Source of the DNA: Methanobacteriota archaeon
GTDB taxonomy: Archaea; Thermoplasmatota; Thermoplasmata; UBA10834
Assembly: GCA_020348345.1 (NCBI GenBank)
Contig: CP070748.1
Location: 449,210 to 513,209, forward strand
Length of the DNA stretch: 64,000 nucleotides
Direction: 5' to 3'
Shown: in pieces, positions 1 through 9,030 of the stretch
Layout of the letters: every line of letters begins with the position of its first letter
Position numbering within the stretch: the stretch's first letter is position 1
The notes under the pieces: model-generated
What the model was told of the DNA's origin: nothing
Seen by the model: the letters and a program-made list of their open reading frames with translations, nothing else
The model's database searches: none
Position numbers and translations under genes: made by a program

Positions 1-23
1 GACATCCTGACTCTCCGGTTGAG

Positions 24-332
24 TTGACCGACTCGCATTTTGAGGAGTTCATCAGAAGATACGACAATGTAGTCGTTGACTGCTGGGCGCCCTGGTGCGG
101 GCCGTGTCGGATGCTTTCTCCGACTATCGAAGCGATGGCTATGAGCTTCAAGGGAAGAGTCGTCTTCGGCAAACTGAACACTGACGAGAATTACGAGACG
201 ACGGGCAGATTCGGAATCTCAAGCATTCCCACCCTTCTCTACTTCAAGAAAGGCGAGCTAGCAGGAAGGACGGTCGGCGCATTGCCACGTAGTGAGATTG
301 AAAAGCAGCTAGAATACCTTGAATCACTCTGA
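24..332 (+). CDS. trxA: Thioredoxin. The start is uncertain because the reading frame is open back to the window edge.
   Basis: WAPWCGPC active-site motif; length about 100 aa; thioredoxin fold pattern. Confidence 0.8.
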   Translation: MTDSHFEEFIRRYDNVVVDCWAPWCGPCRMLSPTIEAMAMSFKGRVVFGKLNTDENYETTGRFGISSIPTLLYFKKGELAGRTVGALPRSEIEKQLEYLESL

Positions 333-396
333 AGTGAGAGTTTCCCCCACTCTCACCCCCTTTTTTCTTTTTTCGCTTCGTTGCGTGATTGCCAGC

Positions 397-858
397 ATGG
401 AATCTATAAATCGACGGAGATCACTTGACCGTCCGATGACCATGGATTTCGAGACAACCGTTGAATGGAGCGGAAGCTATCCAGCCAGTCTCTCCTGCCA
501 GAACGGCATGAGTGCTGAGTACAACATACCCGTGGAATTCGGAGGTGCAAAGGGTTTCCTCACGCCGGAAGACGCATTCGTAGGCGCTGCGAACACGTGC
601 TTTCAGATCATATTCGTTGGAGTCGCCAAAAGCCTCGGAATCAGCGTTGCGGCCTACCGCTGCAAGGCAGTGGGCATCCTTGACTCTGTTGAAGGGGTCC
701 GAAGATTCGTTTCAATAGACCTTCACCCAGAGATTCGGTTCCATCGCCCTGTCGAGTCCGAAAGATTGCAGAAGGCGTTGGAGACCGCTAAGAGAAAATG
801 CCTCGTGACTAATTCGATGAGTGTGGAGGTACGGGTGTTTCCGGTTACAGTTGGATGA
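397..858 (+). CDS. OsmC/Ohr-family peroxiredoxin-like protein
   Basis: Roughly 150 aa core with an OsmC-like pattern (GGAKGFLTPEDAFVGAANTCF ... CLVTNS). The ORF track begins at 319, but the internal Met at 397 gives a typical OsmC length. Confidence 0.55.
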   Translation: MESINRRRSLDRPMTMDFETTVEWSGSYPASLSCQNGMSAEYNIPVEFGGAKGFLTPEDAFVGAANTCFQIIFVGVAKSLGISVAAYRCKAVGILDSVEGVRRFVSIDLHPEIRFHRPVESERLQKALETAKRKCLVTNSMSVEVRVFPVTVG

Positions 859-955
859 CCGCTCGGAGGGAGGCCAGAGCCTTCAGAACACTCGCCCGTT
901 CATATATCGGAATGCGGCTTTCGCTCACAACGACAATATCAGGAATCTCCCTGTC

Positions 956-1477
956 CTAGAAACTAGACTTCTTCGCAGCCAGTCTTATCGCTTCCGTGAC
1001 GCTGTCCTTCGGGAGAATTGTCGCGATGGGGATGTCGACCACCCGCTCGATGGTTGTGCTTACAATAGGAGCGCAGACGATAGCCTTGGCCCCGTCCCTC
1101 TCTGCGCGCACGGAGGCAACGATCGCATCCTCCAAAGTCGTCGCGGGATATTCGATTGTAAGGATCTCTTTGCCCTCGATTTCGATTGATCGTTCCACGA
1201 CCTCGGCCAATACGTGTCTCGCAGCTATGACAGCGATGAAATCGCCTGATCCAACGCCTTCCGCCTTCCCGATTGCTCTCAGTATCTTCCTGAGAATGTC
1301 GAGGCTGGGGGATCGTTCGCCTCCGATTATCTTGTACAAGGTGCTCGATGATATCCCAGCAGCGTTCGCGAATTCCTTTAGAGTCATGTCCAGATCGGAT
1401 AGTATCTGTCGGAGGGTCCTGCTGAAAGCTTGGTCAGACTCCGCAGCCGCTCTCATCAATTTGCCGCCTTTGTCCAT
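956..1477 (-). CDS. XRE-type HTH transcriptional regulator with a C-terminal domain of unknown function
   Basis: N-terminal HTH (TLKEFANAAGISSSTLYKIIGGERSPSLDIL); divergent from the ABC transporter operon. Confidence 0.45.
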   Translation of the reverse strand: MDKGGKLMRAAAESDQAFSRTLRQILSDLDMTLKEFANAAGISSSTLYKIIGGERSPSLDILRKILRAIGKAEGVGSGDFIAVIAARHVLAEVVERSIEIEGKEILTIEYPATTLEDAIVASVRAERDGAKAIVCAPIVSTTIERVVDIPIATILPKDSVTEAIRLAAKKSSF

Positions 1478-1598
1478 TCAAATGTCCTCAATAGGTTAAC
1501 AACGTCGTCATTACTTATACAATTGTGCCAATACAATCCCCTTGTTGTGGCAAAGCTTATAATACTCGGATAGCTAGGGATGAGACAAGGATGATATC

Positions 1599-2723
1599 AT
1601 GCCGAAGAAGAACTTCGCAACCGCTCTCATTCTGGCAACAGTATTGCTGGTCGCTGGTGTGGCCACGTATGTTGTACTAGAGCAACGAGGCGGTGATGAC
1701 GAAAACGCCGTGTATTACGTCGTCGAGGCCCCGTCCAATATGAAGGGAGTGCTTGCGGCGAATCATATCGACGGCTACATCGCTTGGGAGCCGTTTGTTT
1801 CCGACGCCGTTGTAGATGGCGTAGGCAAAGTGATAGAATGGTCAGGGGAGATCGTCCCGGACCACCCCTGCTGCGTTGTGGCCGTATACAATTCGTTCGC
1901 ATCCGATAGCGAAGGTCAGGATATGTCCGCTCGTTTTCTGAAGGCGCACATGACCGCGACCGACTGGATCAATCAGGCAATGGATGACTCGGACAGCGCA
2001 GACTACGCTCTCCTTGTTGATATTGCGGTGGAGTTCACCGAGAGGAACGAGTCCGTCGTCGAAGAAGCGCTCGAGCACATGAAGTTCCATTATGCTATGG
2101 ATGCTAGCTTCACGACTGCCTTGGAGAACTTCACGGACATGTACATGGAACTCGGGCTGATCGCAGAGGGGAAGCTTGCCGATGGCGGCTATTCGAATGT
2201 GAGCGATTTCATCGACAAGTACATCGACGGCAGCTACATGGCTGCTGCCGCTTCAATCGAGCCGAGCGAAACGATACTGAACCCGGATTCACCGATAAGA
2301 CTGGGATTCCTGAAGGGCGACATACATCAGCTCGCCCAGGCGGTTGGCAAGAGCGATGCAGTGCTCGAGAACGGCAAGAGCATCTTCGAGGAATATGGTC
2401 TGAATGTGGAGAACGCCATTGGCGCACCCTTTTCGAATGGCGGAGCAGTGATGGATGCATTCGCTGGAGGTTATGTTGACATCGGCTATCTCGGAAGCCC
2501 TCCCGCAATACTCAAGCATCTAAATGCAGAGGTCAGAACATCGATAGTCGCTCAGGTCAATAGCGAAGGCAGCGCAATTGTCGTGCACGCAGATTCGGGA
2601 ATCACATCTCTCTCCCAGCTAGCTGGGAAGACAATCGCTCACCCGGGAACGAGCTCAATCCAATTCCTTCTGTTGAAAGCCGCTCTCCAATGGGAAGGTT
2701 TGGAGCTCAAACTCAAGACATGA
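1599..2723 (+). CDS. ABC transporter substrate-binding protein (NMT1/SsuA/TauA-like)
   Basis: N-terminal TM/signal anchor and a periplasmic-binding-protein-like pattern (GYIAWEPFVSDAVVDG); followed by a cognate permease and ATPase. Confidence 0.65.
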   Translation: MPKKNFATALILATVLLVAGVATYVVLEQRGGDDENAVYYVVEAPSNMKGVLAANHIDGYIAWEPFVSDAVVDGVGKVIEWSGEIVPDHPCCVVAVYNSFASDSEGQDMSARFLKAHMTATDWINQAMDDSDSADYALLVDIAVEFTERNESVVEEALEHMKFHYAMDASFTTALENFTDMYMELGLIAEGKLADGGYSNVSDFIDKYIDGSYMAAAASIEPSETILNPDSPIRLGFLKGDIHQLAQAVGKSDAVLENGKSIFEEYGLNVENAIGAPFSNGGAVMDAFAGGYVDIGYLGSPPAILKHLNAEVRTSIVAQVNSEGSAIVVHADSGITSLSQLAGKTIAHPGTSSIQFLLLKAALQWEGLELKLKT

Positions 2724-2778
2724 AGCTCCTGGGCAAACCTCTATTGACCCTCGTCTCGATTCCGATGGAGGAATAGGC

Positions 2779-3603
2779 ATGCTGTCCCTCGTCAAATTGG
2801 TGAAAGGCGCCATTGCCCTCAACTGGAGGCAACTTCTCCTCGGCGCGCTATCTCTTGCCATTTTTGTCAGTGCTTGGCAGATGTATTCTTGGTATCTCAA
2901 CGCCAACGTATCTGGATATGCCGCCTACGTGCCATATCCAGGGGAAGTAGCTGAAGCGTTCGTAGATTCGTTCGTGACTCCGGCCGGAACTGACGGGCTT
3001 GTAATGTCGGATCACATCATCGCCAGCCTGAAGAGGATATTCATGGGGTTCGTGATCGCATTGTCGATAGCCGTTCCCGCGGGATTACTCATGGGCAGCT
3101 ACATTACTGCAGAGGGATTGGGGATGCCAATCGTGGAAATCTTCCGTCCCATACCTCCCCTGGCATGGATTCCACTGTTCCTTGTTGTTCTGGGCTATCT
3201 CAAAGGGCCTGCGGCGATAGTGTTCCTTGGGATATTCTTTCCGATTCTTTTTAATGTCATACTTGGAGTGAAGAGAGTCGATCCCATACTCATTGATGCA
3301 GCGAAGACCCTGGGTTCGAAGAAACGACACCTGTTTCTCAAGGTAGTTCTGCCCTATACGACGCCATACCTGATGACAGGCATCAAGGTGGGGCTTGGCA
3401 TTGGCTGGATGTGTATCGTGGCCGCGGAGATGGTTGGAAAGTATGGAGGTGGCGTTGGCTTCTACATCTGGGACAGAAGTGACATTGGACAGTGGGACTA
3501 TGTCTTCGCAGGCATCGCAATGATAGCCATTCTTGGAATACTGACAACTGGCGTAGCGAGCCAAGTCGAGAGGAGGTTGTACGCTTGGATGGGCATGAAG
3601 TAG
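2779..3603 (+). CDS. ABC transporter permease (SsuC/TauC/NitT family)
   Basis: Polytopic membrane protein with a BPD-transporter EAA-like loop (AAKTLGSKKRHLFLKVVLPYTTPYL). Confidence 0.8.
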   Translation: MLSLVKLVKGAIALNWRQLLLGALSLAIFVSAWQMYSWYLNANVSGYAAYVPYPGEVAEAFVDSFVTPAGTDGLVMSDHIIASLKRIFMGFVIALSIAVPAGLLMGSYITAEGLGMPIVEIFRPIPPLAWIPLFLVVLGYLKGPAAIVFLGIFFPILFNVILGVKRVDPILIDAAKTLGSKKRHLFLKVVLPYTTPYLMTGIKVGLGIGWMCIVAAEMVGKYGGGVGFYIWDRSDIGQWDYVFAGIAMIAILGILTTGVASQVERRLYAWMGMK

Positions 3604-3611
3604 ACATACGA

Positions 3612-4397
3612 ATGGAAGCCCTCCTCAAGGTGTTCAAGGAGGAGACCAGGGAAATCGTCGCCTTGAAAGAATTCAGTCTCGATGTCGGCGATGGTGAGTT
3701 CGTCTGCCTGCTGGGTCCATCGGGTTGCGGAAAGACGACCGTGCTAAGAATAGTGGCAGGTCTGGAGACGAAGAGTGGCGGCAGAGTCACAGTCAGCGGG
3801 GTGGAGGTCGAAGGTGCTGGGTCCAACAGAGGCGTCGTCTTCCAGGAATTCGCTTTATTCCCTTGGCGCACAGTCAGAAAGAACATCGAATTCGGCCTTG
3901 AGGTGAAGAAGATCCCTCCTCATGAGCGGGAGGCGGTCTCATCGACATTCATCGACCTGGTAAACCTGGAAGGTTTCGAGAACGCCCATCCTCATCAGCT
4001 CTCTGGGGGGATGAAGCAACGCGTAGGGATCGCTCGGGCGCTGGCGAATGACCCCGCGGTTCTGCTGATGGACGAGCCGTTCGGCGCTCTGGACGCTCAA
4101 ACCAGAAACCTCATGCAGAAGGAGCTGCTTCGCATCTGGTCCGCGACCAGGAAGACGATCCTGTTCGTGACGCACTCAGTAGACGAGGCCGTGTTCCTCG
4201 CGGACAGGATAGTGGTGATGACGGCAAGACCCGGGAAGGTGAAGAGGATCATACCTGTGGCCCTTCCTCGCCCCAGAGAGAGGACGAGTTCCGAGTTCAT
4301 CTCCATCCGTGGCGAGGTCCTTGAGGAGCTTGACGCAGAGTTCGCGAAGACCATGATGCGAGAGATGACCGACGCTTCTGTGCAGCACAAGGCTTAA
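3612..4397 (+). CDS. ABC transporter ATP-binding protein (SsuB/TauB-like)
   Basis: Walker A GPSGCGKTT, signature LSGGMKQRV, Walker B LLMDEPFGALD; start adjusted to the Met just after the permease stop. Confidence 0.85.
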   Translation: MEALLKVFKEETREIVALKEFSLDVGDGEFVCLLGPSGCGKTTVLRIVAGLETKSGGRVTVSGVEVEGAGSNRGVVFQEFALFPWRTVRKNIEFGLEVKKIPPHEREAVSSTFIDLVNLEGFENAHPHQLSGGMKQRVGIARALANDPAVLLMDEPFGALDAQTRNLMQKELLRIWSATRKTILFVTHSVDEAVFLADRIVVMTARPGKVKRIIPVALPRPRERTSSEFISIRGEVLEELDAEFAKTMMREMTDASVQHKA

Positions 4398-4411
4398 TTC
4401 TTCTAGACTCG

Positions 4412-4903
4412 ATGCAGAAATTCATGAGCTTCGAGCTAAATGTTGTCAGCAACACTCCATTGACGCCATTGAGCGACATCGAGGAAGTCGCAATACTCTT
4501 CCTCAACCAGATAGGATACTTCCCAAAGGGCTACGATCCCAAGACTGAAGCGACTGATATTCGCGACAGTCCTCCGTACAGGCTGATGGTGGACCACTTC
4601 CTGAAGCGGCCGGAGAAAGTCTGGGTGGTTGAAGATCTGGCAGCTTCACTTGGGACGACCAAAGCGACGGTCTACAGACACATAAACAAGCTGAAGGGGT
4701 TTGACTTGTTGGAGGAAGCCAGTGTGGACCGGCCAGGCGGATCCACGAAGAAGGGATACCGCATTAGATATGGTGACCTCAGCAAGGCCTGGAACTTCAC
4801 TGAGGCGCACGTGCAAGTGGCGATGGAGAACTACAGGAAGACGGTCGATCACATACAGGAGCTTGTTGCGAAGAAGGGGGGTAGGCATGCCAAAAAGAGA
4901 TGA
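4412..4903 (+). CDS. Hypothetical protein with a probable winged-helix DNA-binding domain
   Basis: wHTH-like segment (LAASLGTTKATVYRHINKLKGFDLLEE); no recognisable catalytic motif. Confidence 0.35.
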   Translation: MQKFMSFELNVVSNTPLTPLSDIEEVAILFLNQIGYFPKGYDPKTEATDIRDSPPYRLMVDHFLKRPEKVWVVEDLAASLGTTKATVYRHINKLKGFDLLEEASVDRPGGSTKKGYRIRYGDLSKAWNFTEAHVQVAMENYRKTVDHIQELVAKKGGRHAKKR

Positions 4904-5171
4904 CGCAATCATCTTGACTGAAGGGTCAGAATACAGAATCAAGAGCCTGGAGGCCAGAGACAAACCGATGGAGACCACCGGCGTATTCAAGGGATATGCC
5001 GCTATCGCTCACGACACAGCAATCGTGATGGAGATCAAATCTCCGGTGGGCGAGCACAAGACGATGCTGAGATTGATTCCATCCCACATGATTACTTCGA
5101 TTGACGTCCTGAAGGCGAAGAAGGAGAAGAAGGACAAGAGTCAGGAAGGAGACACCGTCTACTTCGGTTGA
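4887..5171 (+). CDS. Small hypothetical protein
   Basis: ORF begins MPKRDD; Lys-rich C-terminus; no recognisable family. Confidence 0.3.
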   Translation: MPKRDDAIILTEGSEYRIKSLEARDKPMETTGVFKGYAAIAHDTAIVMEIKSPVGEHKTMLRLIPSHMITSIDVLKAKKEKKDKSQEGDTVYFG

Positions 5172-5464
5172 GAATGGCGCATCAGATGAAAGTCAACCTG
5201 AACACAATGGAAGCGCGTGTGATTGCATTGTTGAGGAGGCGCTATCCGATAACGACCGACGAACTCAGGAAAGAACTGTCAGTCAGACGTGATACACTCG
5301 ATAGGGTGCTGAAGAGGCTTGCTGCAAAGGGCGTTCTCATTCTCGAGCCGTTGCCCGACAAGACGTATGTACGGCTTCTGCTTCCCGGTGTGGAACCAGC
5401 TGCGGAGCCTTCGATTGAAAGAAGTGACAAGGATGGTGATGACGATTCCATCGCATACCGTTAA
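5168..5464 (+). CDS. Small winged-helix (MarR/TrmB-like) protein
   Basis: ARVIALLRRRYPITTDELRKELSVRRDTLDRVLKRLAAKGVL wHTH pattern; acidic tail. Confidence 0.4.
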   Translation: MRMAHQMKVNLNTMEARVIALLRRRYPITTDELRKELSVRRDTLDRVLKRLAAKGVLILEPLPDKTYVRLLLPGVEPAAEPSIERSDKDGDDDSIAYR

Positions 5465-7076
5465 TTCCAGGGCCATAGGAAGTGGACAAGGGGTGACGCC
5501 CTTTGAAGGCTCGATACCTCCAGCCTATGTCACTGACTTCATCGCAATGCTGCAATCTGGCGAGCTGTCAACTCGGGAGCAGGTCCTGAGGGCCAAGTCT
5601 GCTCTTTGCCGAAAGTATAACATGTCGCGTGTGCCAGCCAATTACGAGCTGCTGAAGCACGTGGCTGATGATTTGAGGGAATTTGCCGAACCACTGTTGC
5701 GAAACAAACCCGTGAGGACAATCAGCGGCGTCGCTCCAGTTGCGGTGATGACCAGCCCGTTCGACTGCCCCCACGGCCGCTGTGCTTATTGCCCCGGTGG
5801 CACCGCCAATGGCAGCCCCCAGTCTTACACGGGCAGGGAGCCAGCAGCACTGAGGGCGTCCGTGCACTCCTTTGACCCTTTTCGACAGACCAGAGCAAGG
5901 TTGGAGCAACTCGCCGCAATTGGACACCGTACCGCAAAGGTCGACTTGATAATCATGGGCGGGACCTTCACCGCTCGACCATATGAGTATCAGGAATGGT
6001 ATGTCAAGCGTTGCTTTGACGCGATGAATGGCTGCGAATCTCCTGATCTTGAGTCCTCCCAGATCCTCAACGAGATGACCTCATCGCGCTGTGTTGGAAT
6101 GACGATAGAAACGCGTCCGGATTGGTTCCTCGACGAGCATGTCACGAGGTCAACGCGCCTTGGGGCGACGAAGGTCGAGTTGGGCGTACAGATACTTGAT
6201 GATGACATACTGGAAGGCGTCAACCGCGGTCATGGCGTCGAAGATACGGCGGCTGCAACGGCGCGGGCAAGGCAAGCAGGGCTGAAGGTGTGCTACCACA
6301 TAATGCCAGGCCTACCGGGTAGCAGTGCTGTTGATGATCTACGCTCGTTTGATCTGATGTTAGAGGATGAGAGATTCAGACCTGATATGCTAAAGATCTA
6401 TCCCACACTGGTCATCAAAGGCACCGAGGTGTACGAACGGTGGAAGGCGGGTTCCTACTCACCGTTGGAACTCGATGATGCTTTATCGATAGTCGTCGAG
6501 ATGAAGAAACGAGTCCCCAATTGGGTGAGAATTCTGAGGGTTCAGCGAGACATTCCCGTCCAGCTGATAGCGGCCGGCGTCAAGAAGAGCCATCTGAGGG
6601 AACTCGCCACGGAGCAACTCAGGCTGAACGGTCTCAGGTGTGAGTGCATACGATGTAGGGAGGTAGGTCATATGGGGATTCGGGGTAGAAATCTAGAGCC
6701 AGAAGAGGCGAATCTGGAGGTTACATCGTATCGAGGCAGTGGAGGCATGGAGCATTTTCTTAGCTGCAAGGCGGCGGACAGCGGGGCCCTCGTGGGCTAT
6801 GCCAGGCTCAGAAGCGCTGACGATTCGAAATCCCACCCCGCAAGGGTTCGGGAGCTTCATGTGTACGGTGAATTGACACCATTCGATTCCGACACGCCGA
6901 ACGGATGGCAACATCGAGGCATAGGGGAACTACTGCTTTCCCGATGCGAGGAACTGTCCGCGGAGTTCGATCATGATACCATCAGTGTGACAAGCGGCGT
7001 CGGAGCCCGTGAGTACTATAGGCGCTTGGGGTACGAGCGAAATGGCATGTACATGGAGAAGATGCTTTGCAGATAG
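5433..7076 (+). CDS. elp3: Elp3-family radical SAM protein with C-terminal GNAT acetyltransferase domain
   Basis: Radical-SAM CPHGRCAYC (C-x4-C-x2-C); C-terminal GNAT motif (YRRLGYERNG). The start is ambiguous: a Met at 5433 overlaps the upstream ORF, and another Met lies downstream. Confidence 0.85.
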   Translation: MVMTIPSHTVNSRAIGSGQGVTPFEGSIPPAYVTDFIAMLQSGELSTREQVLRAKSALCRKYNMSRVPANYELLKHVADDLREFAEPLLRNKPVRTISGVAPVAVMTSPFDCPHGRCAYCPGGTANGSPQSYTGREPAALRASVHSFDPFRQTRARLEQLAAIGHRTAKVDLIIMGGTFTARPYEYQEWYVKRCFDAMNGCESPDLESSQILNEMTSSRCVGMTIETRPDWFLDEHVTRSTRLGATKVELGVQILDDDILEGVNRGHGVEDTAAATARARQAGLKVCYHIMPGLPGSSAVDDLRSFDLMLEDERFRPDMLKIYPTLVIKGTEVYERWKAGSYSPLELDDALSIVVEMKKRVPNWVRILRVQRDIPVQLIAAGVKKSHLRELATEQLRLNGLRCECIRCREVGHMGIRGRNLEPEEANLEVTSYRGSGGMEHFLSCKAADSGALVGYARLRSADDSKSHPARVRELHVYGELTPFDSDTPNGWQHRGIGELLLSRCEELSAEFDHDTISVTSGVGAREYYRRLGYERNGMYMEKMLCR

Positions 7077-7096
7077 TGAACACCCGGCGGTATGAT

Positions 7097-7112
7097 TATA
7101 TGAAAAAACCCA
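7097..7112 (+). promoter_or_regulatory. Candidate archaeal BRE/TATA element upstream of the TPR gene pair
   Basis: GATTATATGAAAAAAC sits about 30 nt upstream of the TTG start at 7141, so the transcript would be leaderless or short-leader. Confidence 0.4.
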
Positions 7113-7140
7113 TATCGGTTTCCATCGGAGGAGACGCTGG

Positions 7141-9030
7141 TTGCCCTGTTTGAAGTGCGATGGCCAAAGCGAAGACGGCGCGCTCATGTGTGACGAGTGC
7201 GCCGACGCCTGCTATGGGGAACCAAGATTCTTCCTAACGCCAGTCCTTATAGGCCCGAGCCTATATGCGAGGCTGCGGTCCGTAGGCTCAGTCGCATACG
7301 TTCTAGGCCCCACGTCAGAAGGGGATTTGTCCTTGATGACGTCATCGGACATCAGGCGCACGCTTCAGGATGCCGTGTTGAGCGGACTGTCCGAGGAGGA
7401 GGTGCTGCACAACATCGACCTGTGCGATAAGACTCTGGCTCATATGGGCGTCCCGCTCAAGTACGACCCGTCGGCGATGCTTCTGACCGAGGACGCTGCG
7501 GATACAGTCATGACCGTACTCCAAATAGCAGAGGCCTTATTGAGGCAAGGAGGAGGCACCCCCTCGAGCGATCTCTGCCTGCGGCTCGGCGTTGTGTACT
7601 GGACCGCCTCACATGGCATTCTGCTTCGGACAGCCAGCCGCCGATGGAGGGACGAGAAGAAGATACATCTTGTCAACCTTTCCAAGGAGTACTTCCGGAT
7701 GGTCAGCGAGGATGATGATCTGCACTCGCTCGCCGTCTGGAATCTGGCTATGCTCTGCCTGGAGCTGAGGGATTGGAGCGAGGCCAAGGAGTATCTCACC
7801 CAGTCTCGAGTGCACTTCCCCAGCGACAACAGAATCGCAGAGGGGCTCGTCAGAGCGGAGCTGGAACTTGGTAACACCGTCGAAGCGTTGACTCTCGTGG
7901 ATGAGATACTTGTTCAGTCTGCGACGGCGCAGCTTTGGCTTCTCAAAGGAGAGATACTACTGAAGGTCAACAGAATGGAGGAGTCCCTCGAATGCTTCAA
8001 CCAGTCTCTCTCTCTTGACTCAGGATTGATCGACGCACATAACCGCCTGATCGCGGTCTTGAGGGCTTTGGGCAGAAATGAAGAGGCCGTTATGGCGGAG
8101 CGTCAGAGGACAATATCCAGGACTCCCGGCATAGAGGAGAAAGTCCTGGACATAATCGGAGAACTGACCAAAGCGCCGTCCCAGCCCGCCGCGGTAAGGG
8201 TGCGTGCTCGTCAGATGGCGCGTATCAAGAAGGTTCCGGCGGAGCCTGCCCCTGCCCCTGTGATTGCCGAGATGCCGCTCGATTTGGCGGCTGCCGCGTT
8301 GGAGGCTGGAGATTACGACCTCGCCATCCAGCGCTCCCGACATGCGATTGAGGCTGATCCAGGCTCAAGAGAGGCGAGCCTCATCCTCATTGAGGCCATG
8401 GTCGCTGTCGGAGATATTGCCGGTGCTTCGAAGAGCGTCCATTCGTTTTATGAGAGAAACAGGGATGATCCGCACGCTTGGTATTGGCGCGGCGTGGTGG
8501 CGGAGAAGGAGGGTAAATGGGGGGCAGCAGTTCAGTACTTCAGCAAGGCTGTGACTATTGATCCCGAACTTGCAGAGGCATGGGCCGCAATGGGCGACAC
8601 GCTGCTGGTGAACGACAAACTGAATGGCGCTGATGAGAGCTACTCGAGGGCGTTGCAGATCGATGCAGGAAATGCCAAAGCATGGCTCGGAAAAGGCAGG
8701 ACCATGCGCGCCCTCGGCAGATGGGGAGCGGCGATCCAGTGCTTGGACAAGTACAACTCCTTGATGCCGGACGACAAGGACGCATGGCTGTTGAAGGCCG
8801 ACACGCTCATGGACAAGGAGAAGTACCGCAGAGCCATCGACGCGTACAATAAGTATCTCGAACTCTACCAGGATGACTCGTATGCATTGGGGCGCAAGGG
8901 CGCCGCGTTGAACGCTCTGGGGATGGTGGATGAGGCTGTGGCCTGTCTCGAGGAGAGCGTGCGCCTTGACCCCGGTAACAGACAGGCGGTGAAGCTGCTC
9001 AGGTCGTTAACTGAAGGAGGCGGAGACTGA
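7141..9030 (+). CDS. Zinc-ribbon plus TPR-repeat protein
   Basis: N-terminal CxxC...CxxC (PCLKCDG...CDECADAC); C-terminal two thirds is a multiple-TPR pattern (W/LG/Y/A/F/A/P periodicity). Confidence 0.7.
   Translation: MPCLKCDGQSEDGALMCDECADACYGEPRFFLTPVLIGPSLYARLRSVGSVAYVLGPTSEGDLSLMTSSDIRRTLQDAVLSGLSEEEVLHNIDLCDKTLAHMGVPLKYDPSAMLLTEDAADTVMTVLQIAEALLRQGGGTPSSDLCLRLGVVYWTASHGILLRTASRRWRDEKKIHLVNLSKEYFRMVSEDDDLHSLAVWNLAMLCLELRDWSEAKEYLTQSRVHFPSDNRIAEGLVRAELELGNTVEALTLVDEILVQSATAQLWLLKGEILLKVNRMEESLECFNQSLSLDSGLIDAHNRLIAVLRALGRNEEAVMAERQRTISRTPGIEEKVLDIIGELTKAPSQPAAVRVRARQMARIKKVPAEPAPAPVIAEMPLDLAAAALEAGDYDLAIQRSRHAIEADPGSREASLILIEAMVAVGDIAGASKSVHSFYERNRDDPHAWYWRGVVAEKEGKWGAAVQYFSKAVTIDPELAEAWAAMGDTLLVNDKLNGADESYSRALQIDAGNAKAWLGKGRTMRALGRWGAAIQCLDKYNSLMPDDKDAWLLKADTLMDKEKYRRAIDAYNKYLELYQDDSYALGRKGAALNALGMVDEAVACLEESVRLDPGNRQAVKLLRSLTEGGGD

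Noticed and set aside
956-1499. ORF 996..1499 (+), antisense to the XRE regulator
   Set aside because: Overlaps nearly all of the better-supported minus-strand HTH gene; the translation is Ser/Ala-rich low complexity.
5319-5432. The upstream 38 codons of the Elp3 ORF as called by the track (MLQRAFSFSSRCPTRR...)
   Set aside because: Lies wholly inside the 5168..5464 ORF in another frame with poor composition. An internal Met (5433) or a downstream Met is a more plausible Elp3 start; flagged as uncertain rather than called.
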